Shown: positions 25,498 to 34,512 of the stretch, in pieces | Position numbering within the stretch: position 1 is the stretch's first letter | Layout of the letters: each line of letters begins with the position of its first letter | Assembly: GCA_964571195.1 (NCBI GenBank) | Contig: CAZNAD010000010.1 | Span: forward strand, 10,029 to 74,028 | Reading direction: 5' to 3' | DNA length: 64,000 bases | Source: an uncultured Gallionellaceae bacterium | GTDB lineage: Bacteria; Pseudomonadota; Gammaproteobacteria; Burkholderiales; Gallionellaceae | The notes under the pieces: model-generated | Seen by the model: only the letters and a program-made list of their open reading frames with translations | Told to the model about the DNA's origin: nothing | Database searches by the model: none | Translations under genes and position numbers: made by a program

Positions 25498-26928
25498 ATG
25501 GAGAACAACATGACGCGCATCTATTTCCTGGCAGTATTGCTGCTGTTTAGTCCGCCATCGTTTGCGGCCCAGCTTACGGGACAAGGCTGGGGCGACACCG
25601 AGGCTGCCGCCAAACGCGAGGCGCTGGCTGATATCTCCTCCCGCATCAGCGTGACGGTGCGCAGCAAGCTGAAAAACAAGAAGACGATCACATCGAAAAT
25701 TGACGATCAGAAGAGATCCGATTCGGTGAATCAGGTGGCGGAGAGCACTGTTGAGACGGAGTCTGAACTGCCCATTCTCGGTGCGGAATTCAACAGCCAG
25801 AAAGCAGGCGAAAAATTCTTTGTGGAGGCTACGCTGGACGATGCCCGCAGCCAGCGTTTGTATGAGCAAAGGCTGAGTGAGTTGCGCCAACAGATTGCTG
25901 CGGCGCATGGGCGTTTTGCCAAGACGCAGGGTAATGAGGCGCAGTATTACTTGCTCATGGAGATGCTGACCCAACTGGAGGAATACAAAAAACTCAACAC
26001 GGTGGCGATCTATCTGGGCAGCGCGCCAGCCGAACCTGCCGTGAGTGAGGCCGTGTTACGTCAGCAATTGCGCTCGGTCACCCAGCAAGTCGATAGTCTG
26101 GATCTGGCAGCCAAATTGCTGGCGGCGGACATTGCCGAGACCGGTATCTATGTGTTCCCCGCCAAAGCTCGCGGCGCCGATGAGATCACGCCATTCGCCG
26201 CCTTGTTAAAAGATAAGGTGGGCGCGAATCTCAAAACGGTGCGTGAGCCGTATGCCGCGACATATACGCTGACAGGTGAATATGCCGAGTCGGCAGATGG
26301 TATTGATGTCACTTATCAGCTGGTCGATAAAGACTCCTCTACGTTGCTGAGCCGCAGTGTGCGTCTGGCCAGGGCCGCCTACGCCGGGCTGGAGACCAAG
26401 CCGAAGACCGTCAGTTTCGAGCAGCTTCTTAAAGCCGGAGTGGCCATTTCGGGCGATCTGCATGTCGATATATCAACCAGCCAGGGCAAACACGATTTGC
26501 TGTTCACTGAAGGCGAGGAAGTCGAGCTGTTCGTCAAATTGAGCGAGGCCGGATATTTCTATGTGGTGGGACACACCATCAAGGATTCCGAAAAGAATTC
26601 CTATCTGCTGGAACTGCGCGACGTGGAAGGGCCGCGTAAATTCGTCCAGTTCGTCAATGCGGATGATGCCAACAAGCTGATCAGCATCGGCAAGTTCGAA
26701 GTGAGTGTGCCGTTCGGCGTGGAAGGCTTGCAGGTGTTTGCATCCAGCAAGGATCTGCTGGAAAGCTTGCCCCCGACCCGGCACGACAGCGCAAGCGGCC
26801 TTTACCTCATCTCTGCTTCGCCGCAGGAAGGGGTGACCAAAACGCGGGCGCTGATAAAAAAGAAAAAACAGGCTGCGCAGACTGCCGAGGGTTCGCTGAT
26901 ATTTACGACACAGCCAGCCCGGCCTTAG
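25498..26928 (+). CDS. Exported protein with an LPP20-like N-terminal domain and a DUF4384-like C-terminal domain
   Basis: Signal peptide (..PPSFAA). GQGWGDTEAAAKREALADISSRISVTV is LPP20-like. The C-terminal GEEVELFVKLSEAGYFYVVGH...FEVSVPFGVEGLQVFASS matches my recollection of DUF4384. Confidence 0.6.
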   Translation: MENNMTRIYFLAVLLLFSPPSFAAQLTGQGWGDTEAAAKREALADISSRISVTVRSKLKNKKTITSKIDDQKRSDSVNQVAESTVETESELPILGAEFNSQKAGEKFFVEATLDDARSQRLYEQRLSELRQQIAAAHGRFAKTQGNEAQYYLLMEMLTQLEEYKKLNTVAIYLGSAPAEPAVSEAVLRQQLRSVTQQVDSLDLAAKLLAADIAETGIYVFPAKARGADEITPFAALLKDKVGANLKTVREPYAATYTLTGEYAESADGIDVTYQLVDKDSSTLLSRSVRLARAAYAGLETKPKTVSFEQLLKAGVAISGDLHVDISTSQGKHDLLFTEGEEVELFVKLSEAGYFYVVGHTIKDSEKNSYLLELRDVEGPRKFVQFVNADDANKLISIGKFEVSVPFGVEGLQVFASSKDLLESLPPTRHDSASGLYLISASPQEGVTKTRALIKKKKQAAQTAEGSLIFTTQPARP

Positions 26929-27000
26929 CGCAGGCGCAAAGCAGCGAAATTATCTCCGTCTGTGGCGTGTTACCGGAGTAGTCCGCTGCTGGCGGCTGCG

Positions 27001-27672
27001 CTATTTGAGTAACTCACCCTCGGCCAGCAAAGGTGTTCTGAGCAAATGAAAGTCTTTGGGGGAGACATACTGGAGTAACGGTTTTTCCCCATTACCCAGG
27101 GTGATATCCAGCCCGTGCTGGGGGTACAGCCAATGCACGGCACCACTCTTCTTCTCGCTGATACGTTCGACCGGTGTGCCAAAGCGCTTGGCAAAAAGCG
27201 CTTCCTCTATTCTGGCGCTGGGCAGGTAGGTCAGGCTGGAGACCGTCGTCTGGCGCACCTTGGCGAGGTCTTCGGGTGTCAGCGTGATGCGTTTGCCGCT
27301 GGGGGTGCTGTTCATGCGCAAGCCCCGGTCATACATGCCTTGCAGCTCCCCTTCGGGCACGGCGATGGTTAGTACGAACTTCGCCTTTAAGCCGTTAAGA
27401 TTGAGCTCGTCGAAAAACGCTTCGACCAATAACTTCCCTTCCGGGGTTTTGAACAGGCTGATCTCGGATAGTTCTTTGAAGGCCTTCTCCGTATCGTCCA
27501 GGGTGCTCTGTCCCAAGGTGATGCCGAAAATGCGCGAGGTCTCCGGCGTGGGGTGAGTGATCTTCCACGGTAGCGTGTCAGGACTGCTGGTGGAGTTGTC
27601 CGGTACCAGCAACAGGACGGAGAGCGACACTACGACAAGGGCGAACACCCCCAGTATGATCTTTTTATCCAT
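27001..27672 (-). CDS. Membrane-anchored periplasmic protein of unknown function
   Basis: ATG at 27672 (MDKKIILGVFALVVVSLSVLLLV). No motif recognised. Confidence 0.5.
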   Translation of the reverse strand: MDKKIILGVFALVVVSLSVLLLVPDNSTSSPDTLPWKITHPTPETSRIFGITLGQSTLDDTEKAFKELSEISLFKTPEGKLLVEAFFDELNLNGLKAKFVLTIAVPEGELQGMYDRGLRMNSTPSGKRITLTPEDLAKVRQTTVSSLTYLPSARIEEALFAKRFGTPVERISEKKSGAVHWLYPQHGLDITLGNGEKPLLQYVSPKDFHLLRTPLLAEGELLK

Positions 27673-27676
27673 GGTA

Positions 27677-28180
27677 CTAAGCTTCCTCGGGGGCGGGGTG
27701 CAGGGCTTGCGCGGCAGCCGGAATTTTGCCGGTTTTGCATTGATGGGAAGCGTCATATTCCATCACAACCAGGGCAAGCAGGGCGACCATGAATGGCAGT
27801 TGCCCGATCCCGAAGGCCAGAGAATAACTGGCGATTTTGCTGAGACCGAGTTGCGGGCCGCCGAAGAACATGATGGCGGTGAATGTGCCTGTGACCAGGA
27901 ATAACAGCAGGAACAGGCGCGCACGCTTCGCTGCCAGTGACATGTGGCAGCGTACGAACCAGGAGGATTCCAGTTTTGCTCCCCGTGTTGCGGTAACGAT
28001 CACATAACTCAGCAGGATGATCGAAATGACGGGCATGAGTGCCAAGGGGACAAAGCTGGACTTGACCAATCCGAGTGCCAGAACAAAAAGAAAGACATGA
28101 ACGACGATAAAGTCGAATAACAGAATCGCGTGCAGTTTATCCGCACGTTTGATCTCCGCTCCGGTTGCTTGATAGTTCAT
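27677..28180 (-). CDS. Polytopic membrane protein of unknown function
   Basis: ATG at 28180 (MNYQATGAEIKR...). About 4 hydrophobic helices. 4-nt gap to the downstream gene. Confidence 0.5.
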   Translation of the reverse strand: MNYQATGAEIKRADKLHAILLFDFIVVHVFLFVLALGLVKSSFVPLALMPVISIILLSYVIVTATRGAKLESSWFVRCHMSLAAKRARLFLLLFLVTGTFTAIMFFGGPQLGLSKIASYSLAFGIGQLPFMVALLALVVMEYDASHQCKTGKIPAAAQALHPAPEEA

Positions 28181-28261
28181 CGTGATCTTCCTTGTGGGTG
28201 GGTTAAAAACAAGCCGAGACACTAACACAGCGCCAATGTCCTTGCCAGTCTATCGCGCTGG

Positions 28262-29029
28262 TCAGAGCGGTGCGGCGGGTTGCTGCCCGACCAGCCGCAG
28301 CAGGCGTTGCATGTCGAGCAATTCTATCGATTTGTTGCGCACCTCAATCAGCCTGGTTTCCTGAAACGCGGACAGCGTGCGGCTGACCGTTTCCAGCTTC
28401 AGACCCAGATAACTGCCGATCTCTTGCCGGGTCATGCGCAATCTGAAGGCGGAGGGCGAATATCCTCGTGCGGCAAAGCGGTGCGATAGATTGAGCAGAA
28501 ATGCCGCCAGACGTTCTTCCGCGCGCATCGAGCCGAGTAACAGCATGATGCCTTGGTCGCGTACGATTTCGCGGCTCATGATCTTGTGCAGATGACGTTG
28601 CAGGTTGGGCAGCCTGCGGCTGAGGTCTTCCAGCCGGTCGAAAGGCAGTTCGCAGACTTCGCTGTCTTCCAGCGCTACCGCATCGCAAGTGTGGATGTCG
28701 GTGCTGATCGCATCCAGACCAATGATCTCGCCCGGCATCTGAAAGCCGGTCACTTGTTCGCGCCCGTCTTCGTGCAGTACCTGAGTCTTGAAGAAACCGG
28801 TACGAATCGCATACAAAGACTGGAAACTGGAGCCGCTGCGGTACAGATAGTCGCCTCGCCGGTAGGCGCGCTTCAGGCCAGTCAGGCTTTCCAGTTGGCG
28901 TACCTCCGCCTCGGTAAAATCCGCAGGCAGGCAGAACTCGCGCAGATTACAATTGGAGCAGGCGATCTGGGTCGGTGTGATGGAGACGGCTCGTTGCACG
29001 TTGTACTTTGTTTTATAGGGGTATTGCAT
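28262..29029 (-). CDS. fnr: FNR-type oxygen-sensing Crp/Fnr family regulator
   Basis: ATG at 29029. N-terminal Cys cluster C-x2-C-x5-C (CSNCNLREFC) plus a later Cys (DIHTCDAV). cNMP-binding-like fold. C-terminal HTH (TRQEIGSYLGLKLETVSRTL). Confidence 0.88.
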   Translation of the reverse strand: MQYPYKTKYNVQRAVSITPTQIACSNCNLREFCLPADFTEAEVRQLESLTGLKRAYRRGDYLYRSGSSFQSLYAIRTGFFKTQVLHEDGREQVTGFQMPGEIIGLDAISTDIHTCDAVALEDSEVCELPFDRLEDLSRRLPNLQRHLHKIMSREIVRDQGIMLLLGSMRAEERLAAFLLNLSHRFAARGYSPSAFRLRMTRQEIGSYLGLKLETVSRTLSAFQETRLIEVRNKSIELLDMQRLLRLVGQQPAAPL

Positions 29030-29056
29030 CCCCGGAGTGCAAATATGACACGGATT

Positions 29057-29070
29057 TTGACCTATATCAA
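29057..29070. promoter_or_regulatory. FNR box in the fnr/hemN divergent intergenic region
   Basis: TTGAC-CTAT-ATCAA matches 9 of 10 positions of the TTGAT-N4-ATCAA consensus. It lies 55 nt upstream of the hemN ATG. Confidence 0.65.
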
Positions 29071-29124
29071 ACCCAATTTGGGCACTACTGGCATAGTGCG
29101 ACGATACAAACCGGTAAGAATGAG

Positions 29125-30531
29125 ATGAACAAGAACACAGAATACGCAGCAGGAAAACTCGAAGTCGATCTGGATCTGATCCGCAGGCTGGACAAGAACG
29201 GGCCGCGATATACCTCCTATCCCACGGCAGACCGTTTCGTCGAGGCATTCAATGCCGAGACCTATGCGGACTGGTTGGGCAAGCGTGAGATCGGCGGTAT
29301 CAGTCGCCCCTTGTCGTTGTACGTGCACATCCCGTTTTGCAACACGCTGTGTTTCTACTGCGCCTGCAACAAGGTCATCACCAAAGACTTCAGCAAGGCG
29401 GGAGAGTATGTCCGTTATGTCAGCAAGGAACTCGCCATGCAGGCTGCATTGCTCGGCGACGGGCGACGGGTCGAGCAATTGCACTTCGGCGGCGGCACGC
29501 CGACCTTCCTGAGCAATGACGAGATCCGCGAACTGATGGGCGCGATACGCAACAACTTCGAGCTGATCGAGAACGGCGAGTATTCCATCGAGATCGATCC
29601 GCGTAAGGTGAGCGACGAGACGGTCGCTCTGCTCGGCGAGATGGGCTTCAATCGTATCAGTATCGGCGTGCAGGACTTCGATCCCGAAGTGCAGAAGGCG
29701 GTGAACCGTATCCAGAGCGAAGAAGAGACACTACAGGTCATCAAGGCGGCGCGGGCCAACGGCTTTAAATCGGTGAGCATCGACCTGATCTATGGCTTGC
29801 CCAAACAGAATCTGGCCGGTTTCAAGGCCACGCTGGACAAGGTCATCGCAGCCGGAGCCGACCGCTTGTCCATCTACAACTACGCGCATATGCCGGCATT
29901 GTTCAAGCCGCAACGCCGCATCCATGAGGAAGATATGCCGACCGGGCAGCTCAAGCTCGACATTCTCAGTCTGGCAGTGAAGACGCTGACCGACGCGGGT
30001 TATGTCTATATCGGCATGGATCACTTCGCCAAGCCGGAAGACGAGCTTGCGGTGGCGCAGCGCCAGGGCCGTTTGCACCGCAACTTTCAGGGGTATTCGA
30101 CACATTCCGATTGCGACTTGGTCGCGGTCGGGGTGAGCTCCATCGGCAAGATCGGGCCGACCTACAGCCAGAACTTCCGCGAGTTGGAGGACTATTACGA
30201 CGCGCTGGATCGTAACACGCTGCCCATCATGCGCGGTATGGAGCTGAATGCCGATGACCTGGTGCGGCGCGCCATCATCCAGGCGCTGATGTGTCATTTC
30301 GAGATATCGAAGGAATCGTTCAACATCGCTTATCTGATCGATTTCGACCAGTATTTTGCCACCGAGCTGAAGGAGTTGGTCGAATACGAAAAAGAGGGCT
30401 TGCTGAAGATCTCGCCGCATTGGATCAGTGTTACCCCCAAAGGGCGTATGCTCATTCGCAACATCTGTATGGTCTTCGACAAGTATCTGCGCACTAAACA
30501 GGAACACGCCCGCTACTCCAAGGTCATCTGA
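29125..30531 (+). CDS. hemN: Oxygen-independent coproporphyrinogen III oxidase (radical SAM)
   Basis: ATG at 29125. PRYTSYPTADRF N-terminal signature. Radical-SAM CxxxCxxC (CNTLCFYCAC). Confidence 0.92.
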   Translation: MNKNTEYAAGKLEVDLDLIRRLDKNGPRYTSYPTADRFVEAFNAETYADWLGKREIGGISRPLSLYVHIPFCNTLCFYCACNKVITKDFSKAGEYVRYVSKELAMQAALLGDGRRVEQLHFGGGTPTFLSNDEIRELMGAIRNNFELIENGEYSIEIDPRKVSDETVALLGEMGFNRISIGVQDFDPEVQKAVNRIQSEEETLQVIKAARANGFKSVSIDLIYGLPKQNLAGFKATLDKVIAAGADRLSIYNYAHMPALFKPQRRIHEEDMPTGQLKLDILSLAVKTLTDAGYVYIGMDHFAKPEDELAVAQRQGRLHRNFQGYSTHSDCDLVAVGVSSIGKIGPTYSQNFRELEDYYDALDRNTLPIMRGMELNADDLVRRAIIQALMCHFEISKESFNIAYLIDFDQYFATELKELVEYEKEGLLKISPHWISVTPKGRMLIRNICMVFDKYLRTKQEHARYSKVI

Positions 30532-30645
30532 TAGGTGACTTTGGGGTAATATAACGCCCGAGCGATATAGAGGCGATGAACAGGCCGCGCAGAGATTTTG
30601 ACTCGCGTGGTCTCACGGAGGAGAACCCCGTTCACTGGGGGAGCG

Positions 30646-31893
30646 ATGACAAAAAAAGTAGATGATTTCCGCTTGCGCTTTGGCAAGCACGAGCTGGTGC
30701 CCATCATGATCGGTGGGATGGGCGTGGATATCTCCACGGCCGAGTTGGCTCTGGAAGTCGCACGTCTGGGCGGAATCGGGCATGTGTCCGATGCGATGCT
30801 GCCCACAGTATCGGATCGCCGTTACGATACCGATTTCGTCAAAACGAAGTTGACGCAATACAAACAAAATCTCGACAACGCCGACAAGTCCTCGATCAAG
30901 TTCGATCTGGGGCAGGTCGCCGAATCCACCCGCTTGCATGTCAGCAAGACCATGGAGGCCAAACGCGGTTCCGGCATGGTTTTCATCAATGTCATGGAGA
31001 AGCTCACCATGAACGCGCCTAGGGAGACGCTCAAAGTGCGTCTGGACGAAGCGCTTTCCGCCGGTATCGACGGCATCACTCTGGCAGCAGGATTGCATCT
31101 GGGGTCGTTCGGCATGATCGAAGACCATCCGCGCTTTCGCGATGCCAAGCTGGGCATCATTGTTTCCTCGTTGCGCGCATTACAACTGTTCTTGCGCAAG
31201 AACGCTCGCTCCAATCGCCTGCCCGATTACATCGTGGTGGAGGGGCCGCTGGCAGGTGGGCATTTGGGTTTCGGTATGGATTGGGCGCAGTTCGATCTGC
31301 GCACCATCACGCAGGAAATCATGGATTACCTGAAGGCGGAACAGCTCGATATCCCGGTCATTCCCGCAGGCGGCATCTTCACCGGCAGTGATGCCGCTGG
31401 TTTTCTGGAGATGGGGGCTGCGGCAGTGCAGGTGGCGACACGTTTCACGGTGGCGAAAGAATGCGGTTTGCCAGCCGACGTACAGCAGGAATATTTCAGG
31501 GCGAGCGAGGCAGATATCGAGGTCAATGGCGTCTCGCCGACCGGCTACCCGATGCGCATGCTGAAAAACAGCCCTGCAATCGGTTCGGGCATCCGTCCCG
31601 GGTGTGAATCCTACGGCTATATCCTCGATGCCAATGGCAGGTGTTCCTATATCGATTCCTACAACCGTGAAGTGGCGGCACATCCGGGCGAGAAGAAGAT
31701 CCAGGTGTACGACAAGACCTGCCTGTGTACCCACATGCGCAACTTCAAGCTGTGGACCTGCGGCCATTACACCTATCGCTTGAAAGACACCACACGCAAA
31801 CAGGCGGATGGGACTTATCAGTTACTGACTGCCGAGCACGTGTTCAAGGATTATCAGTTCAGTACCGACAACAAGATCGCGTTACCCGAATAA
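30646..31893 (+). CDS. Nitronate monooxygenase / NPD-family FMN oxidoreductase-like protein
   Basis: PIMIGGMGVDIS and VVEGPLAGGHLG motifs typical of the 2-nitropropane dioxygenase-like TIM-barrel family. Confidence 0.6.
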   Translation: MTKKVDDFRLRFGKHELVPIMIGGMGVDISTAELALEVARLGGIGHVSDAMLPTVSDRRYDTDFVKTKLTQYKQNLDNADKSSIKFDLGQVAESTRLHVSKTMEAKRGSGMVFINVMEKLTMNAPRETLKVRLDEALSAGIDGITLAAGLHLGSFGMIEDHPRFRDAKLGIIVSSLRALQLFLRKNARSNRLPDYIVVEGPLAGGHLGFGMDWAQFDLRTITQEIMDYLKAEQLDIPVIPAGGIFTGSDAAGFLEMGAAAVQVATRFTVAKECGLPADVQQEYFRASEADIEVNGVSPTGYPMRMLKNSPAIGSGIRPGCESYGYILDANGRCSYIDSYNREVAAHPGEKKIQVYDKTCLCTHMRNFKLWTCGHYTYRLKDTTRKQADGTYQLLTAEHVFKDYQFSTDNKIALPE

Positions 31894-31964
31894 ACGCCGC
31901 GCAGGCGTTCGGGGAGAGCGGGGCTATCGGCTAGAATAGCCGTCTTATTTCACGCAGGCTCATC

Positions 31965-33236
31965 ATGGTTCCTCATCTCACCACTGCCCTGAAAGGCCCT
32001 CTGCTCGATCTGGAGCAGCGCATCCTTACCGCACAGCCGGGTATCGAACATTGGTTCCGCACACAATGGCTGGAACATACACCGCCGTTCTACACGTCGG
32101 TCGATCTGCGTAACAGTGGTTTCAAGCTGGCTCCGGTGGACACCAATCTGTTTCCCGGCGGCTTTAATAACCTCAATCCCGATTTTCTTCCGCTATGCGT
32201 GCTGGCGATGCAGTCGGCAGTGGAGAAGATATGTCCCGAGGCGCGCGGTGTCTTGCTGATCCCGGAGAATCACACCCGCAATCAGTTCTATCTGCAAAAC
32301 GTGGCGCAACTCGTCACCATCCTCAGACAGGCCGGGATGCATGTGCGCGTCGGTTCGTTGTTGCCCGAGATCGACCGGCCAACTACGCTGGAACTTGCGA
32401 ACGGTAATGCGCTGACCTTGGAACCACTGCTTCGTGTCGGCAATCGTCTGAGTGTGGACGGCTTCGACCCTTGTGTCATCGTGCTCAACAATGATCTGTC
32501 CGGTGGTGTCCCGGCGATCCTGACGAATCTGGAGCAGGCGGTATTGCCACCACTGGAAGCGGGCTGGTATGCGCGTCGCAAGTCGAAACATTTTGCGGCG
32601 TACCATCGGGTGACCAAACAATTCGCCGAACTTGTTGGTATCGATCCGTGGCTGATCGACCCGTATTTCGCCGTGTGCAACCAGGTCGATTTTCAGGAGA
32701 AGGTCGGCGGGGAGTGTTTGGCTGCCCAGGTCGATTTCGTGCTGCAACAGGTGCGTGCAAAATATGCCGAATATGGCGTGAAACATGATCCTTTCGTCAT
32801 CGTCAAGGCCGATGCCGGAACCTATGGCATGGGCATCATGACCGTGAAAGACGCCAGCGAAGTGCGCGACCTGAACCGCAAGCAGCGCAACAAGATGGCG
32901 GTGGTGAAAGAGGGGTTGCAAGTCTCCGACGTGCTGGTGCAAGAAGGGGTGTATACCTTTGAGGACTTGGATGGCGCGGTGGCCGAGCCGGTGGTGTACA
33001 TGATAGACCGCCATGTGGTCGGTGGTTTCTATCGGGTGCATACCGAGCGCGGTGTTGACGAGAACCTCAATGCGCCCGGTATGCGCTTCGAGCCGCTGGC
33101 ATTCGAGCAATGTTGCACCTTGCCCAACCCTGATTGCGCGCCAGATGATATGCCGAACCGTTTTTATGCTTACGGTGTGGTGGCCAGACTCGCCATGCTG
33201 GCCGCGTCACTGGAACTGGAAGAGATGGTCGCGTGA
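31965..33236 (+). CDS. gshA: Glutamate--cysteine ligase (short proteobacterial type)
   Basis: 423 aa. The N-terminal region (FYTSVDLRNSGFKLAPVDTNLFPGGFNNL) matches my recollection of the Acidithiobacillus-type GshA family. Confidence 0.65.
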   Translation: MVPHLTTALKGPLLDLEQRILTAQPGIEHWFRTQWLEHTPPFYTSVDLRNSGFKLAPVDTNLFPGGFNNLNPDFLPLCVLAMQSAVEKICPEARGVLLIPENHTRNQFYLQNVAQLVTILRQAGMHVRVGSLLPEIDRPTTLELANGNALTLEPLLRVGNRLSVDGFDPCVIVLNNDLSGGVPAILTNLEQAVLPPLEAGWYARRKSKHFAAYHRVTKQFAELVGIDPWLIDPYFAVCNQVDFQEKVGGECLAAQVDFVLQQVRAKYAEYGVKHDPFVIVKADAGTYGMGIMTVKDASEVRDLNRKQRNKMAVVKEGLQVSDVLVQEGVYTFEDLDGAVAEPVVYMIDRHVVGGFYRVHTERGVDENLNAPGMRFEPLAFEQCCTLPNPDCAPDDMPNRFYAYGVVARLAMLAASLELEEMVA

Positions 33237-34309
33237 GTCTGCTCCCGCGTTCGCTGAATATCTTTGCAGTGCCGCTATGGTCGCGGTCGTGGCCAGTGTT
33301 TTTGCTTGCCGTACTGCTTGCGGCATGCGGCAAGACGCCGCCGACCTATCAGGAACAGGGTTATGTGTTCGGAACGCTGGTGGAGATCAGTATCTACGGC
33401 GAGGATGAGGCACGCGCCAGACAGGCAGTCACGCTGGTGATGCGCGAGTTCCAGCGCTTGCACGATATGTTGCATGCATGGAAGCCTTCCGAATTGAGCG
33501 CGTTGAATGCGGCGTTCTTGCATGGAAAGACTCAGGAAGTATCGCCGGAACTGGCGATGCTGCTGGTCGATGCGGCGCGTGTTTCCACCGCATCTGCGGG
33601 TTTGTTCAATCCCGCCATCGGCGGATTGATCCAGGCGTGGGGGTTTCAGGCGGACGATTTCAAGGCGGTGTTGCCGGAGCGGGACAGGTTGTCAAGCTTG
33701 CTGAAAGCGCGTCCGCAGATGAGCGACATCGTGTTCGAGGGCGGGCGGGTGAGCAGCCGTAACCCTGCGGTACAGCTCGATCTGGGCGGCTATGCCAAGG
33801 GTTATGCGCTTGATCGTGCTGCCGCGATACTGAAACAGCAGGGTATGCACAATGCACTCATCAACATCGGCGGCAATGTGCTGGCCATGGGCAGACACGG
33901 CGAGCGCGAATGGCGTGTCGGCATCCAGCATCCGCGCCGATCCGGGCCGCTGGCGACACTGGCGTTGCACGACGGTGAAGCCATCGGCACGTCGGGAGAT
34001 TATCAGCGCTATTTTGAGCTGGACGGGCAGCGTTATTGCCATCTGATCGATCCGCGCACGGGCTATCCGGTACAAGGCGTGCAAGCGGTCACCATCATCA
34101 CGCACGGCGAGCATGCGGGGCTGTTGTCCGATGCTTCATCCAAGCCGCTGTTCCTGTCGGGGGTGTCCGGGTGGCGTGATGCCGCACGGCGGATGCGACT
34201 CGGCGAGGCGATGCTGGTCGATGCGGAGGGCGTGGTGCACCTTAGCGCTGAGATGCAGAAACGGCTAGAATTCACCGATAAGTCCACGCTGAAAAGGGTC
34301 GAGCCATGA
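33233..34309 (+). CDS. apbE: FAD:protein FMN transferase (ApbE family lipoprotein)
   Basis: Lipobox LLAAC. DLGGYAKGYALD, INIGGN and GTSGDYQRYF motifs. GTGA overlap with gshA. Confidence 0.85.
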   Translation: MSLLPRSLNIFAVPLWSRSWPVFLLAVLLAACGKTPPTYQEQGYVFGTLVEISIYGEDEARARQAVTLVMREFQRLHDMLHAWKPSELSALNAAFLHGKTQEVSPELAMLLVDAARVSTASAGLFNPAIGGLIQAWGFQADDFKAVLPERDRLSSLLKARPQMSDIVFEGGRVSSRNPAVQLDLGGYAKGYALDRAAAILKQQGMHNALINIGGNVLAMGRHGEREWRVGIQHPRRSGPLATLALHDGEAIGTSGDYQRYFELDGQRYCHLIDPRTGYPVQGVQAVTIITHGEHAGLLSDASSKPLFLSGVSGWRDAARRMRLGEAMLVDAEGVVHLSAEMQKRLEFTDKSTLKRVEP

Positions 34310-34512
34310 GTTCGCCGCACGAAGATGCACTACAGGAAAACATACGCCGTACCGCGAGTGTGCATGCACTGAAGCAGATCCACGCCATCGTGGAGGAAGA
34401 GCGCAGGACCGAAGCACTGGTGGGGCGTGTGTTGCATGCGTTCCTGCTGTATGGCTGGCTAGTCCTGTTGCTGTTGGCCGGTATCGTGGCTCATTTTATG
34501 GGGGTGATTTGA
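34306..34512 (+). CDS. Small (68 aa) membrane-anchored hypothetical protein
   Basis: Overlaps the apbE stop and abuts the EIIA start, which suggests translational coupling. C-terminal TM helix. Confidence 0.4.
   Translation: MSSPHEDALQENIRRTASVHALKQIHAIVEEERRTEALVGRVLHAFLLYGWLVLLLLAGIVAHFMGVI

Noticed and set aside
8572-28261. The island as a prophage, ICE or transposon.
   Set aside because: There is no integrase, transposase, tRNA attachment site, long direct repeat, or phage or conjugation gene. The GC content looks similar to the flanks by eye. Only small REP/MITE-like elements are present.
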